The notes: a model not told the origin generated them from the letters alone. Shown: positions 28,455-38,661, counted from the first letter of the whole stretch. The stretch: 58,977 bases of DNA, filler included, from 6 parts of 6 records of this genome joined end to end with filler, not necessarily neighbours in it, one strand, 5' to 3'. Numbers and translations: made by a program.

Positions 28455-29732
28455 ATGTCGAAGCAAATGGACGGCGGGTCCAATTCCTATCCTGAGATAG
28501 GGAACGGTCTTGAGAGCTATCTTGAAGTAATCCCAGCCATTGTCTGGCGAATTGATATTGTTGGCAAAGAAATATCATTTCTCAATTCCCATACTCTCCA
28601 GCCGCATGGCGAAAAAGTTCGGGCCATCATGCAGAATCCGCAATCGGCTGAACGTCTGGTCCTTGCTGAAGACCGGGAACGCTTTCAGCATAGTCTCAAG
28701 CAAATTCTCCATAGACAAAAAGCGACATGCGTATTCCGTATACAAGTGGATGAAGGGATAAACAAATGGTTCAAGCTTGCGGGAATGCCTGACCCGGAAC
28801 ACCCAACAAGTTCCGTGGGCGTACTTATGGACATAACTTCACATGTCAGCACCATCCTGACAACAGAAGGCCGGCCAGGGCTTTCCGTCAGAATAGACCT
28901 CGTTGATGACCCCGTACTCCTTGTCAGGTTTACTGATCGCTCCATCAGCATGGTCAACACGGCAGCGGATCAATTGTTGGGATACAGCAAAAAACAGCTG
29001 TCCAATCTTCATCTGCAGGAACTCTTGCAGGACACTCCCGGCACTGATCTCTTCCAAATATATGAAAGTCTCATTTTTTCAGACTGTTGGAACGGTGAAT
29101 TGTATGTGACCGACAGCACCGGCAGAAGCCATCAGTGCTCGGCTCGGATTCAGGTCATTGCCCGCGACGAAGAAAATCTACTCTGGATAACCCTGTCGCA
29201 TCTTAATGAATGTAGGGCATGCAAGGGGGTCCCCGTCAGAGGCAACGAGGTCCTTCCATCCAAGACTGTCAGTGCTGCCATGCGGAAGTGCACCACGGTC
29301 AAAGCACTCTTGGAGAGTATGCTCAAAGCGCTCCCCAAAGATTCCCCCACGGAAGCCATCATGCTTTCCAGAATATTCATCGACAAGGGAATTGTGTCCG
29401 TCACTGGAGTCGGAAAACCATTTGGTGGTGAACTGGAAGACTTGGTGCATCCATATGAAGGCTCAATCGCCAAGAACATCGTGCGTTTCGAACTCGACAA
29501 TCATGTTGTTATGGAAACATCAAAGAGTATTAAACCCATTGATTGGGCACTTTTCATTCCGCACGGCATCCATTCCTATTATGCACAACCCTTCTTCCAT
29601 GAAGGGGTACTGACCAGCGTTCTCATTTTTTGTTCAACGCAAAAGGGAAGTTATGACCCCGATGCAGACGCCCCACTGTCAGCATTGCATCAGGAATTCT
29701 TCACGCATTTAGAGCGCTGTCTAAAAAAATAA
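28455..29732 (+). CDS. PAS-PAS-GAF-like sensory protein with no recognisable output domain
   Basis: PAS-like segments (VLAEDRERF..KWFKLAG; VNTAADQLLGYSKKQL..WNGELYV), CRAC, C-terminal GIHSYYAQPF..VLIFCS; no GGDEF/EAL/H-box. Confidence 0.65.
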   Translation: MSKQMDGGSNSYPEIGNGLESYLEVIPAIVWRIDIVGKEISFLNSHTLQPHGEKVRAIMQNPQSAERLVLAEDRERFQHSLKQILHRQKATCVFRIQVDEGINKWFKLAGMPDPEHPTSSVGVLMDITSHVSTILTTEGRPGLSVRIDLVDDPVLLVRFTDRSISMVNTAADQLLGYSKKQLSNLHLQELLQDTPGTDLFQIYESLIFSDCWNGELYVTDSTGRSHQCSARIQVIARDEENLLWITLSHLNECRACKGVPVRGNEVLPSKTVSAAMRKCTTVKALLESMLKALPKDSPTEAIMLSRIFIDKGIVSVTGVGKPFGGELEDLVHPYEGSIAKNIVRFELDNHVVMETSKSIKPIDWALFIPHGIHSYYAQPFFHEGVLTSVLIFCSTQKGSYDPDADAPLSALHQEFFTHLERCLKK

Positions 29733-29767
29733 GTCCACAACGCTGGTCCAACCAAAACAACGATTCA

Positions 29768-29810
29768 AAGCGCAACTCGCCAAATTCAATTTTGGCGAGT
29801 TGCGCTTATT
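29768..29810 (+). terminator. Terminator hairpin after the PAS gene
   Basis: AAGCGCAACTCGCCAAA-TTCAAT-TTTGGCGAGTTGCGCTT, perfect 17-bp stem. Confidence 0.8.
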
Positions 29811-29903
29811 CTATGCTTAAGACCTTTTAGACCCTCTATTTCATACCAAATCATTTCAAACGTTTAGAACGTTTATTGTTCAAAAAACAATCTCCCAAAG
29901 CCC

Positions 29904-30028
29904 TATCTGGCCCAACCAGTTTGATAAACATTTCCACCAAAACCCTTGCGCCGATGCTTTTTCATTCATAAAACCGCTCTTATTGGAAGGAGAGACTCGA
30001 TAAACTTCAAAACTGGTTGGACCAGATA
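29904..30028. promoter_or_regulatory. Pair of FadR-type GntR operators (TGGY-N3-ACCA)
   Basis: TATCTGGCCCAACCAGTTT (29904-29922) and AAACTGGTTGGACCAGATA (30010-30028): 19-bp inverted copies with 1 mismatch; second abuts the GntR ATG. Confidence 0.65.
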
Positions 30029-30705
30029 TGGCTTCTGCACAACGCCCCATACTTTGTCAAAAGGTGACAGCAATGCTTCAGGGAGGCTCCTTTTCCATAG
30101 GAGACAGACTTCCCGGCGAACGTCGACTTGCTGAAATGTTCCACACAAGCCGCAACACCATTAGAGAAGTGCTCTGCAACCTTGAGACCATGGGTTACCT
30201 TGAGATCAAGGAAAAGAGCGGTTGCTATCTGAAAAGCAAGCAGGGACGCATTTCCTGGGAGATGCTACGGAAACGCAAAAGCCAAACGGCCAATCATCAG
30301 TTGATTGAAACCCTCATGTTTGTCGCCCCGAAACTGGCAAAAGCCGAGGCTCTTCGCCTCTCTCCCGCGAACATAGCCTCGCTGGAAAAAGCCACGGCAC
30401 GACTTGGTGAGGCCATCGTCAACTTCGACCTTTCCATGGTCAGCCGACAATACATCGCTTTTTTTCTGGCCTTGGCCGAGGCCTCCAAAAACGACTATCT
30501 CATTCTGTTGATGAATGAACTTTCAGTGGCTTCGCAAAACCTTGAACACGTCGGTACAGGGCTTTCCGAAGTGCAGATAGACTCACTTTTCGCCTATCAC
30601 GTGGAACTGTTTAACGCATTGAAGAACGGACAGCCGGAACAAGCGGAAAGCCTCGCTGAACAATGCATGCAGACATTTCACCAACTGGTCCTGCCAGAAA
30701 ACTAA
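30028..30705 (+). CDS. GntR family (FadR subfamily) transcriptional regulator
   Basis: GDRLPGERRLAEMFHTSRNTIREVL wHTH; FCD-like C terminus (ASKNDYL, H.ELFNALKNG). Confidence 0.92.
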   Translation: MASAQRPILCQKVTAMLQGGSFSIGDRLPGERRLAEMFHTSRNTIREVLCNLETMGYLEIKEKSGCYLKSKQGRISWEMLRKRKSQTANHQLIETLMFVAPKLAKAEALRLSPANIASLEKATARLGEAIVNFDLSMVSRQYIAFFLALAEASKNDYLILLMNELSVASQNLEHVGTGLSEVQIDSLFAYHVELFNALKNGQPEQAESLAEQCMQTFHQLVLPEN

Positions 30706-30733
30706 AAACCGTTTCACAATCAGAACACAGATC

Positions 30734-30961
30734 ATGAAACGAAGAGAATTTTTCAGCCGGTTTATTCCGAGAAAAGGGCACACCGAGGAGGTGGAGGATG
30801 TCGTTCACCAGCAGAAAGAGCCAGAAAAAGCTCCTCTGACTGAGAATGAATGTTTCTTACGCGCCATGGCTCTCGGAATTGATCCGGCTACTGTAACGCC
30901 TGGGCAATTGGAAAAACTGGTTTCGGAATCTGAACGTCAAAAAGACTGTAAAAGAGCATAG
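30734..30961 (+). CDS. Small hypothetical protein
   Basis: 75-aa ORF co-oriented between GntR and the membrane protein; MKRREFF N terminus. Confidence 0.65.
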   Translation: MKRREFFSRFIPRKGHTEEVEDVVHQQKEPEKAPLTENECFLRAMALGIDPATVTPGQLEKLVSESERQKDCKRA

Positions 30962-31015
30962 TTGGTTTCCGAGGATTGATCACCCTCTCCAGCGAACTCG
31001 CCAAAGGAATGTAAC

Positions 31016-31797
31016 ATGGACAACAGTAGTGTCAGCTATCTTGAGAGTCGAAAGCTGGTCAAACGTTGGAACGGGCCGATCCCGGCATTGATCAATACGA
31101 TTGTCATTTTTGCCTTTTTTTATGCAACTTGGTGGATTTTCCAGGATCCGCGTGGCCTTATGCGCATGTACACCCCCTATGTGGGTTACATGGTCTGTCG
31201 TTGGCTGCTGATTCTGTTTATCTGGGTCGCTTATATCTTTGATTTCTGGCCGTTCAAACGAACTTGGCTCCAAAAGACACACCCACTTATCAAGGGAACG
31301 GTGCTCGTACTTGTTAGTGTCGCGGCCATGGTCATTCTCATCAAAGGATTCTTCATCGGGGTTCTCGGCAACTTCGGTATCGCCTACTTTGATCCCGCAC
31401 GCCTTGAGGCCATGGGGCTCACCGATTTCTATTCCATCGAGTATGCTGCCGAAGCCATCATGATGTTCGCAGCCATTGCCTCCTGGCTTTCTCCAAGCTG
31501 GGTTGTGGCCTGCGAAAATGCGCCTTGGCAGAGCTTGAAGCAGCCGGCACGAGGCATCACTATTGTTCTCGTAACCTTCTTCTTCAGCATGATCGTCTAC
31601 TTCCTGACCATGCACTCACACATGGCCATTCTTTTCTACCCTTGGCAGAAATTCACGGCCATTTGCCCTCCCTACTGGGAGGACTTCGCCAACACGGTTT
31701 CCGGCAACTTCCATATTGCATGGATCATGTGTTGTACCGTTGTTGTCTGGCTGTTTGAAACCATCTGGGAGCGCTATCCCTTCAACCTGATCAAGAA
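31016..31797 (+). CDS. Polytopic membrane protein, probable permease, truncated
   Basis: AAGGA RBS, many aromatic-rich TM segments, internally repeated FDFWPF / CENAPW / WERYPF helix ends. Confidence 0.7.
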
Positions 31798-31897
31798 NNN
31801 NNNNNNNNNNNNNNNNNNNNNNNNNNNNNNNNNNNNNNNNNTTAATTAATTAANNNNNNNNNNNNNNNNNNNNNNNNNNNNNNNNNNNNNNNNNNNN
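31798..31897. other. Artificial contig spacer
   Basis: N44-TTAATTAATTAA-N44. Confidence 0.98.
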
Positions 31898-31898
31898 T

Positions 31899-32519
31899 GG
31901 AAACTTCCAGGAGTTGAATGTAATTGTTAAAGGTGATGTGGATGGATCTATTGAAGCTCTTTCTGATTCGTTAATTAAGCTTTCTACTGAAGAAATTGCA
32001 GTTAATGTGATTCATAAAGGTGTAGGTCAGATTTCAGAATCCGATATTATGCTGGCAGCAGCGTCTAATGCAATTGTAATCGGTTTCCAGGTTCGACCAT
32101 CAATATCAGCCAGAAGGATCGCAGAGAAAGAGGAAATTGATATCAGACTTTACTCTATTATCTACGATGCAATCGAAGAGCTTAAATCAGCTATGGAAGG
32201 TATGTTGTCACCTGAAATTAAAGAGCAGGTTATTGCAACGCTTGAAGTCAGAGAGACGTTTAAAATATCGAAAGTGGGTACCATTGCCGGTTGTATGGTG
32301 AAGGAAGGAAAAATTAAGCGTAACTCTAAAGTTCGATTAATTAGAGAAGGCATTGTGATTTACACTGGTGAATTAGGTGCATTGAAGCGTTTTAAAGATG
32401 ATGTAAAAGAGGTTGCTACCGGTTATGAGTGTGGTGTAAGTATTGGTAACTACAATGACCTTAAAGTTGATGATCTTATTGAAGCCTTTGAAGAAGTAGA
32501 GGTTTCCAGAACATTATAA
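31899..32519 (+). CDS. infB: Translation initiation factor IF-2, C-terminal part
   Basis: [40 protein letters not shown]. Confidence 0.97.
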   Translation, partial: GNFQELNVIVKGDVDGSIEALSDSLIKLSTEEIAVNVIHKGVGQISESDIMLAAASNAIVIGFQVRPSISARRIAEKEEIDIRLYSIIYDAIEELKSAMEGMLSPEIKEQVIATLEVRETFKISKVGTIAGCMVKEGKIKRNSKVRLIREGIVIYTGELGALKRFKDDVKEVATGYECGVSIGNYNDLKVDDLIEAFEEVEVSRTL

Positions 32520-32533
32520 AATATAGTTTCTTA

Positions 32534-32575
32534 AAACAACAAAGCCTGCTAATTATTTAGCAGGCTTTGTTGTTT
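32534..32575. terminator. Bidirectional intrinsic terminator between convergent infB and glycogen gene
   Basis: AAACAACAAAGCCTGCTAA-TTAT-TTAGCAGGCTTTGTTGTTT. Confidence 0.88.
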
Positions 32576-32585
32576 ATATACTTTT

Positions 32586-35500
32586 TTAAATCCACCTAAC
32601 GCAGCATAAATCCATTTGGTTTGCTGCAGCATCGGGATTAACAGGGAACATTCTGATGCCAAAATTATAGATACCTGGAATATTGAGTTTATGATTCAGA
32701 GTATAATATAGTTTTGACCCTTCGGTTTTTTCTAGTTCAAAATGTTCTATACTCAGCATTTTGGCAATTCCTTTTTCATTGACATCTGCAAAAATAGCCT
32801 GTACTTCTAATTGTATATCTTGTAAGGCTTTTAAGTCTATAATTAAATTAATAGTGTATGTTTCACCTATACCTAATTGATGAGCATAGATATCAGGCAT
32901 TTCAACTTTTACAACCTCTACATCATTCCAATTAGACTTAACTCGCCTTTTCCAATTAGTAATATCTCTGACTTTTGCATTGTCGTTTGAGCATAGTTCT
33001 TTTAATCGGCTATCCATTTTGAAGTAGAAACGATCCAGGTAATCATCCATCATACGCTTGGTGGTATAATTAGGAGCTATTTCTGCAATGGAATTTTTAA
33101 TATATTGTACCCAACGAGAAGAGACTCCCTGATCGTTTTTATCGTAGTATAAAGGGATAATATCGTTTTCAAGCATACTATAAATTGTAGCAGCATCTAG
33201 CTCATCCTGATAGTTTTGATTATCAAAGGTTCTTTTGTCAGACAGGCTCCAACCTGCTCCTTCACGATATCCTTCGTACCACCACCCGTCTAAAACACTA
33301 AAGTTTAATACGCCATTTAGTTCTGCTTTTTCACCACTTGTACCGGAAGCTTCCAGTGGACGAGTTGGCGTATTTAGCCATATATCAACACCACTAACCA
33401 GACGTTTAGCTAGTTCCATATCATAGTTTTCCAGGAAAATAATTTTACCCAGAAATTCAGGTTTCTTCGATATTTCAACAATATGTTTAATGAGCGCTTG
33501 TCCACCACCATCTGCAGGGTGTGCTTTACCTGCAAAAATAAATTGAACAGGCATTTTTTCATTATTCACAATTTCTGAAAGTCGCTTTTCGTCTGTAAAA
33601 AGTAGGTGTGCTCTCTTATAAGTGGCGAACCTTCTGGCAAATCCAATAGTTAAGGCCTCGTGGTTAATTGAATCTAGTACCTCTACAATTTGAGATGGAT
33701 CGGAGTGGCTGCTAGACATGTTTGCTGCCATTCGGTTTTTTACAAATTCGATCAGTTTTTTTCGAAGTGTGGTTTTGGTATGCCATATTTCTTCGTCATT
33801 AACCTGGTGAATCTGTCGCCAGTAGTCTTTATTGGAAAGATCTGTTTTAAAGGCAGGATTAAATTTATCTTCATATAAACGTTGCCAATCGCTTGAAGTC
33901 CATGTCCCATAATGTACTCCATTTGTAACATAGCCAATAGGTAATTCTTCAGGAAAGAAACCTTTCCATAAATTTTGGAACATATTGCGAGATACCTCAC
34001 CATGCAGCCAACTTACACCATTTATCCGCTCAGAGGTTTTAACCGCTAAAACACTCATAGAGAATTTTTCATGTTCATCGTCCGGATTTTCTCTTCCAAG
34101 AGCCATAAAATCTTTCCATGACATTTGAAGTTTCTCTGGTATGTGTCTAAAATAGATACGAATAAGGTCTTCATCAAATTTATCATGACCGGCAGGAACA
34201 GGCGTGTGTGTTGTAAATAAAGAGGAAGCTCTTACCAATTCAAGTGCTTCAGGGTATGAAAGATTGCCTCCTTGTGTATATTTCATCAAACGGGAAATGT
34301 TAATTAAGGCAGCATGTCCCTCATTACAATGGAATAAGTTTGTTTTTATGTTTAGTGTATCCAGCAGTTGAATACCACCCATTCCAAGTAAGATCTCTTG
34401 TTTTAAGCGGTTTTCCCAGTCGCCTCCATATAAGCTGTGAGTTATATGTCGGTCGCCTTCTGAGTTTAGCTCATGATCAGTGTCTAAAAGGTATAGAGGA
34501 ACTCTACCCACGTCTGCCCTCCAAACCCTTACGTTAACCAGTCGGCCAGGAGCAGACATTTTAAGAATTACCGGGGTGCCATCGCTGTTTTTTACTTCAG
34601 ATAATGGTAAGCCAGAGAACTCTTGTTTATCAAAGTTAGCTTGCTGTTCTCCGTTAATCGTTAATGATTGTCTGAAATAACCATATTTATAGAGTAATCC
34701 AATAGCAGTCATATTTACATTGGAATCACTGGCTTCTTTTAAATAGTCACCTGCCAATACACCGAGACCTCCGGAATAGATTTTTAGTACATCACTTATT
34801 CCGTATTCCATGCTAAAATAGGCAATGGAAGGATCTTCTCTTTTTTCCCTGTCCATATAAGCTCTGAACATGCCATAAACATGATCCAATTGTTGAATGA
34901 AATCAGGATTTTCTGATAATTCAAGAAGATATTCATAACTTACTCGCTCCAGTAGCTTATTCGGATCTTTTCCGCAAATTTGCCAAAGCTCTTTATCGAT
35001 AGATTCAAAGAGTTCTGTTGCCTGATAATTCCATGTCCACCATAGGTTATGAGATAACTCCCGTAAATTTTGTATTCTTTGAGGTAGTTTAGATTTTACA
35101 AATAACTTCTTCCAAACGGGCAGTGAAGACCTTTCTGCTTTAACATGAATACGCTTTTCATGTTTAATTTCCCCGATTTCCTTTCTTCTTTTAGTTACAG
35201 CTTCCAAAGCAACATGGTATGCCTCAAAATAATGGCTGATTAAGGAATCCCATTCTACTTTTGAGGATATTTGTTGTGCCTTGGCTCTTATATCATTCAC
35301 TTCATCAGCCGACTTAAGAGCAAACTTTTTGATAGAAGCAGCTATTTGTAAAGAAGCTTCCTGCATATTGTGATCATTCCTTTCGATAACAGCAACCCCG
35401 TCATCTATGCCTTTGGAATACTCAGAAGCCCATATGCCAAATCCGGCTAAATTTGTAGTGATAGTTGGAATTGAGAATGCTAAGCTTTCTAGAGGTGTAT

Positions 35501-36824
35501 ATCCCCAAGGTTCATAATAAGAAGGGAAAGCAGTTAAATCCATACCGATTAAAATATCGTAGTATGGCAAGTTGAAAATACCATCATCTCCGTTCAAATA
35601 AGAGGGAACAAAGATTAATTTAACGGTATCATCCTGTTCGTTATTCAGATGGATATCCTGAAGTTTATTAATGATGGGATCGTATCCCAAATCATTTAAA
35701 CCGTGCGTTAAGAATGGGTTGTCCAATTCTGTATCAGATGTTCCATTCAGTTTGTCTATTAAGTCTTTTCGAGCGCCATAGTTATTGGCAGGAATAAGTA
35801 CAAAAACAATGGTTTCCCGAGTGTAGCTTTCGTCTTCGTTTAAGTTTTTAAGACCGTCTAGAAAAACATCAATTCCTTTATTTCTATACTCGTATCTGCC
35901 ACTGTTAGTAACGAATAATGCATCTTCAGCAATTGAATAGCCTAATAATGCTTCTGTTACTTTTTTAAGCTTTTCCCTAGCCAGATCTCTTTTTGTGTTA
36001 AACTCATCTGGTTGAGGAACGAAGTTGTTTTCGAAGCCATTAGGCGTAACGACATCTACTTTACGTTGCATAAACTGCATACACTCTTTCGCTGTAATTT
36101 CAGATACTGTTGTAAAACAGTCTGCATTTATAGCGCTGTTTTTTTCGAGAGAATGTTTGGCTATAACACCCAGATCGTGCGATCTTAAATCTGCATTGAA
36201 ACTTTGTAAATGATCATAAATAGGTTCCCCATTTCCAGCCAGGCTTCTTCCTACAACAGTAGCATGTGTTGTAAATATGGTGGCCACCTGAGGTAGTTTA
36301 TTTTTTAAATAGAGTGCCCCACTTCCGGTCATCCATTCGTTAAAGTGAGCTATGACTTTATGATTGACATTTAAATAGCATTTGTAAAAGTTCTCTATCA
36401 CTTTTCCAACTGCATATCCAAATAAGGATGCTTCTATATAGTCCCATTGTCCTGATAAAGAGTCTACCTTGTATAGTTCCCAGAAACGTGCTAATATGTC
36501 ATTCTTTTGCGGAATAAAAGGGCTAAAATCGATAAGAACAGCTACCGGATTACCGACCACTTTCCATCTTCCTATCCTTACTCTCAAACCTTCTTTCTGA
36601 AGAAACTCTTTCCATTCCGGAAAAAGTGACTCGTCTGGTTCGAATTCAGAAATATCCTGTTTTTCAGTATAAAAATCAGGACCTATAAAAATTAAATGGT
36701 TACCAAATTGCTCAACAAGTGTGAGTGCTTTGGTGGATAAGACAGTGTGAATGCCACCCATCTTGTTGCATACTTCCCAGCTAGTTTCAAAAACATAATC
36801 TGGTCTTATTAAATTCTCCATCAT
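32586..36824 (-). CDS. glgP: Fusion of GT3-type glycogen synthase (N-terminal) and GT35 alpha-glucan phosphorylase (C-terminal)
   Basis: FETSWEVCNKMGGIHTV, GRYEYRNKG, FPSYYEPWGYTPLE; then YFSMEYG, YSGGLGVLAGD, HCNEGH, ARRFATYKRA, EASGTSGEK (PLP lysine). Confidence 0.92.
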   Translation of the reverse strand: MMENLIRPDYVFETSWEVCNKMGGIHTVLSTKALTLVEQFGNHLIFIGPDFYTEKQDISEFEPDESLFPEWKEFLQKEGLRVRIGRWKVVGNPVAVLIDFSPFIPQKNDILARFWELYKVDSLSGQWDYIEASLFGYAVGKVIENFYKCYLNVNHKVIAHFNEWMTGSGALYLKNKLPQVATIFTTHATVVGRSLAGNGEPIYDHLQSFNADLRSHDLGVIAKHSLEKNSAINADCFTTVSEITAKECMQFMQRKVDVVTPNGFENNFVPQPDEFNTKRDLAREKLKKVTEALLGYSIAEDALFVTNSGRYEYRNKGIDVFLDGLKNLNEDESYTRETIVFVLIPANNYGARKDLIDKLNGTSDTELDNPFLTHGLNDLGYDPIINKLQDIHLNNEQDDTVKLIFVPSYLNGDDGIFNLPYYDILIGMDLTAFPSYYEPWGYTPLESLAFSIPTITTNLAGFGIWASEYSKGIDDGVAVIERNDHNMQEASLQIAASIKKFALKSADEVNDIRAKAQQISSKVEWDSLISHYFEAYHVALEAVTKRRKEIGEIKHEKRIHVKAERSSLPVWKKLFVKSKLPQRIQNLRELSHNLWWTWNYQATELFESIDKELWQICGKDPNKLLERVSYEYLLELSENPDFIQQLDHVYGMFRAYMDREKREDPSIAYFSMEYGISDVLKIYSGGLGVLAGDYLKEASDSNVNMTAIGLLYKYGYFRQSLTINGEQQANFDKQEFSGLPLSEVKNSDGTPVILKMSAPGRLVNVRVWRADVGRVPLYLLDTDHELNSEGDRHITHSLYGGDWENRLKQEILLGMGGIQLLDTLNIKTNLFHCNEGHAALINISRLMKYTQGGNLSYPEALELVRASSLFTTHTPVPAGHDKFDEDLIRIYFRHIPEKLQMSWKDFMALGRENPDDEHEKFSMSVLAVKTSERINGVSWLHGEVSRNMFQNLWKGFFPEELPIGYVTNGVHYGTWTSSDWQRLYEDKFNPAFKTDLSNKDYWRQIHQVNDEEIWHTKTTLRKKLIEFVKNRMAANMSSSHSDPSQIVEVLDSINHEALTIGFARRFATYKRAHLLFTDEKRLSEIVNNEKMPVQFIFAGKAHPADGGGQALIKHIVEISKKPEFLGKIIFLENYDMELAKRLVSGVDIWLNTPTRPLEASGTSGEKAELNGVLNFSVLDGWWYEGYREGAGWSLSDKRTFDNQNYQDELDAATIYSMLENDIIPLYYDKNDQGVSSRWVQYIKNSIAEIAPNYTTKRMMDDYLDRFYFKMDSRLKELCSNDNAKVRDITNWKRRVKSNWNDVEVVKVEMPDIYAHQLGIGETYTINLIIDLKALQDIQLEVQAIFADVNEKGIAKMLSIEHFELEKTEGSKLYYTLNHKLNIPGIYNFGIRMFPVNPDAAANQMDLCCVRWI

Positions 36825-37021
36825 TTTATTATGCTTATAGGATATAAAAAGGGAACTTATATCTACTATTTATGAGTGACGTATTAGTAATATAAGGACT
36901 AAGAAAAAATTCTAAATCTTCCGTTTTCTGATCCTCTGTGGTAGCAGTACTAACCACAGAGCAACAGAAGTTTAAAATAGAGTAACAGGTAATTGAGTTA
37001 GATAAAGAGAGATTGATCTAC

Positions 37022-37333
37022 CTACAATTGGATTACACTGTTTTTTTCAGCATCACCAAGGCCATTGTCAATAAAGCTATCAGCTTCATCATCGTTGAAC
37101 CATAGGCTGTTGTTAACAAGGTAACGGAATTGTACCTGAGAGCCACTACTTAAATTAATGGTTTGTGTAAATTCGCCTGATTTTAAAGGTTTCATTGGTT
37201 CTGCATTTAGATCCCAATTGTTAAAATCACCAACTACTTTTACCGATTCAGCATTAATGCCGTCATTTTTCTGAAACTTAAAAGTAACCTTACATTCAGG
37301 TTTACTTTTTAAAAACTGTTTTTTAATACTCAT
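37022..37333 (-). CDS. Stand-alone glycogen-binding domain protein (CBM48 / isoamylase early set)
   Basis: VKVVGDFNNWD...MKPLKSGEF...FRYLVN..W.ND. Confidence 0.88.
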   Translation of the reverse strand: MSIKKQFLKSKPECKVTFKFQKNDGINAESVKVVGDFNNWDLNAEPMKPLKSGEFTQTINLSSGSQVQFRYLVNNSLWFNDDEADSFIDNGLGDAEKNSVIQL

Positions 37334-37403
37334 AATTCACTCGAATTTATCGATTTATATTTATTACTATGGTTATTAATAGTTCAATGTAATGTGGCTT
37401 TTT

Positions 37404-38660
37404 TTAACTTTTTGTTTTTTTTTTATGACGTAATTTTTTAATTCTTTCTTCTAATTCAGCGATTCTTTCATTCTTTTCTTTTAAGATATTGGAAAGGTGT
37501 GAAATAGATTCTTCTTCAGAAGTTTCAGGTACAGCTGCATTTAATCTCATTGTAAAATCACTTAACACATTCATGTAATTGATGAAGGCTTGATAAGGTG
37601 ATTCATAAGGGTTGAAATAGGCGTGTACATCGCCATCTGAAAAATACTTGGTACACATATAATAAAAGTGGTCACTGGCTTGCAAATAGGTCCAATCATC
37701 ACAAAGTTTAGGATCTGTACATTTTTCAATTTTAGGTAGTAAGTCATACAGTTTATTAAAAGCTTCTTCCTGCATTTCGTTACCCAACCAGGCTGTTAAG
37801 TCTCTTTCTTCATCAGCCCAAGAGATAGGATAAGGTACATTAATAGCTGCAATAGGTTGAAGTTTGTCGGCCACTTCAGATGGCGTTGAGAATGAAAATT
37901 CTTTATGCTTAAGAATTTCATCAGGAAGTTCTTCCAGAAATTTAAAAATACCGGTTTCTTCCCATTGATGTTCTCCAAAGGTTTCGTAATCCATAAACAG
38001 GTTAATAACCTCTGATTTCGGATCCAAATCTTTTAACCAATCAGTGTATTTTTTAGGTGTTAAAGGATGTTCATTCCATCCCTGATTTCCAAATCTAAAT
38101 GCGATATCATCACTTAATACAAAGTTTTTAAGCAGTACTTTAAGCTTTGGGTTAATGCTGTTACAATACAAGAAATTTGGGCTTTTCCAACCCAAAACAT
38201 GTTTGGCACCTTCGGTAAGCATAGCTTTATAACCCATTTTATAAACCATGTCACCCATCTCATCAGAATAAATCAACTCGGTATTTCTAAAAACGGTTGG
38301 TTCCTGATTGAAAAGTTCTTTGATTAGGGCTTTGTGCTTGTCAACCTGTCGTTTAAATTCTTTTTTGTCTTTTAAAGCAACAAGGGAATGGCAATAGGTT
38401 TCGGATAAAAACTCAACACTGCCAGTAGCAGCCAAACGCTGAAAGCTTTCAATAACCTCAGGCGCATATAATTGAAACTGCTTAATAGCAATTCCGGATA
38501 ATGAAAAAGCTACTTTAAATTGCCCTTTGTGCTTATTAAGTAATTTTAAAAGTATTTCATTGGTAGGTAAATAACACTTTTGTGCAATTTTTACCAAAAT
38601 GCTCTCATTAGAATAATCATCATAGTAATAGTGATCGTTACCAATATCAAAAAAACGGTA
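37404..38660 (-). CDS. Glycoside hydrolase family 57 protein, 5' truncated
   Basis: Frame open to contig end (YRFFDIGNDHYYYDD); ETYCHSL, FRNTELIYSD, SDDIAFRF, DYETFGEHQW, SWADEERD. Confidence 0.92.
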   Translation of the reverse strand, partial: YRFFDIGNDHYYYDDYSNESILVKIAQKCYLPTNEILLKLLNKHKGQFKVAFSLSGIAIKQFQLYAPEVIESFQRLAATGSVEFLSETYCHSLVALKDKKEFKRQVDKHKALIKELFNQEPTVFRNTELIYSDEMGDMVYKMGYKAMLTEGAKHVLGWKSPNFLYCNSINPKLKVLLKNFVLSDDIAFRFGNQGWNEHPLTPKKYTDWLKDLDPKSEVINLFMDYETFGEHQWEETGIFKFLEELPDEILKHKEFSFSTPSEVADKLQPIAAINVPYPISWADEERDLTAWLGNEMQEEAFNKLYDLLPKIEKCTDPKLCDDWTYLQASDHFYYMCTKYFSDGDVHAYFNPYESPYQAFINYMNVLSDFTMRLNAAVPETSEEESISHLSNILKEKNERIAELEERIKKLRHKKKTKS

Positions 38661-38661
38661 A

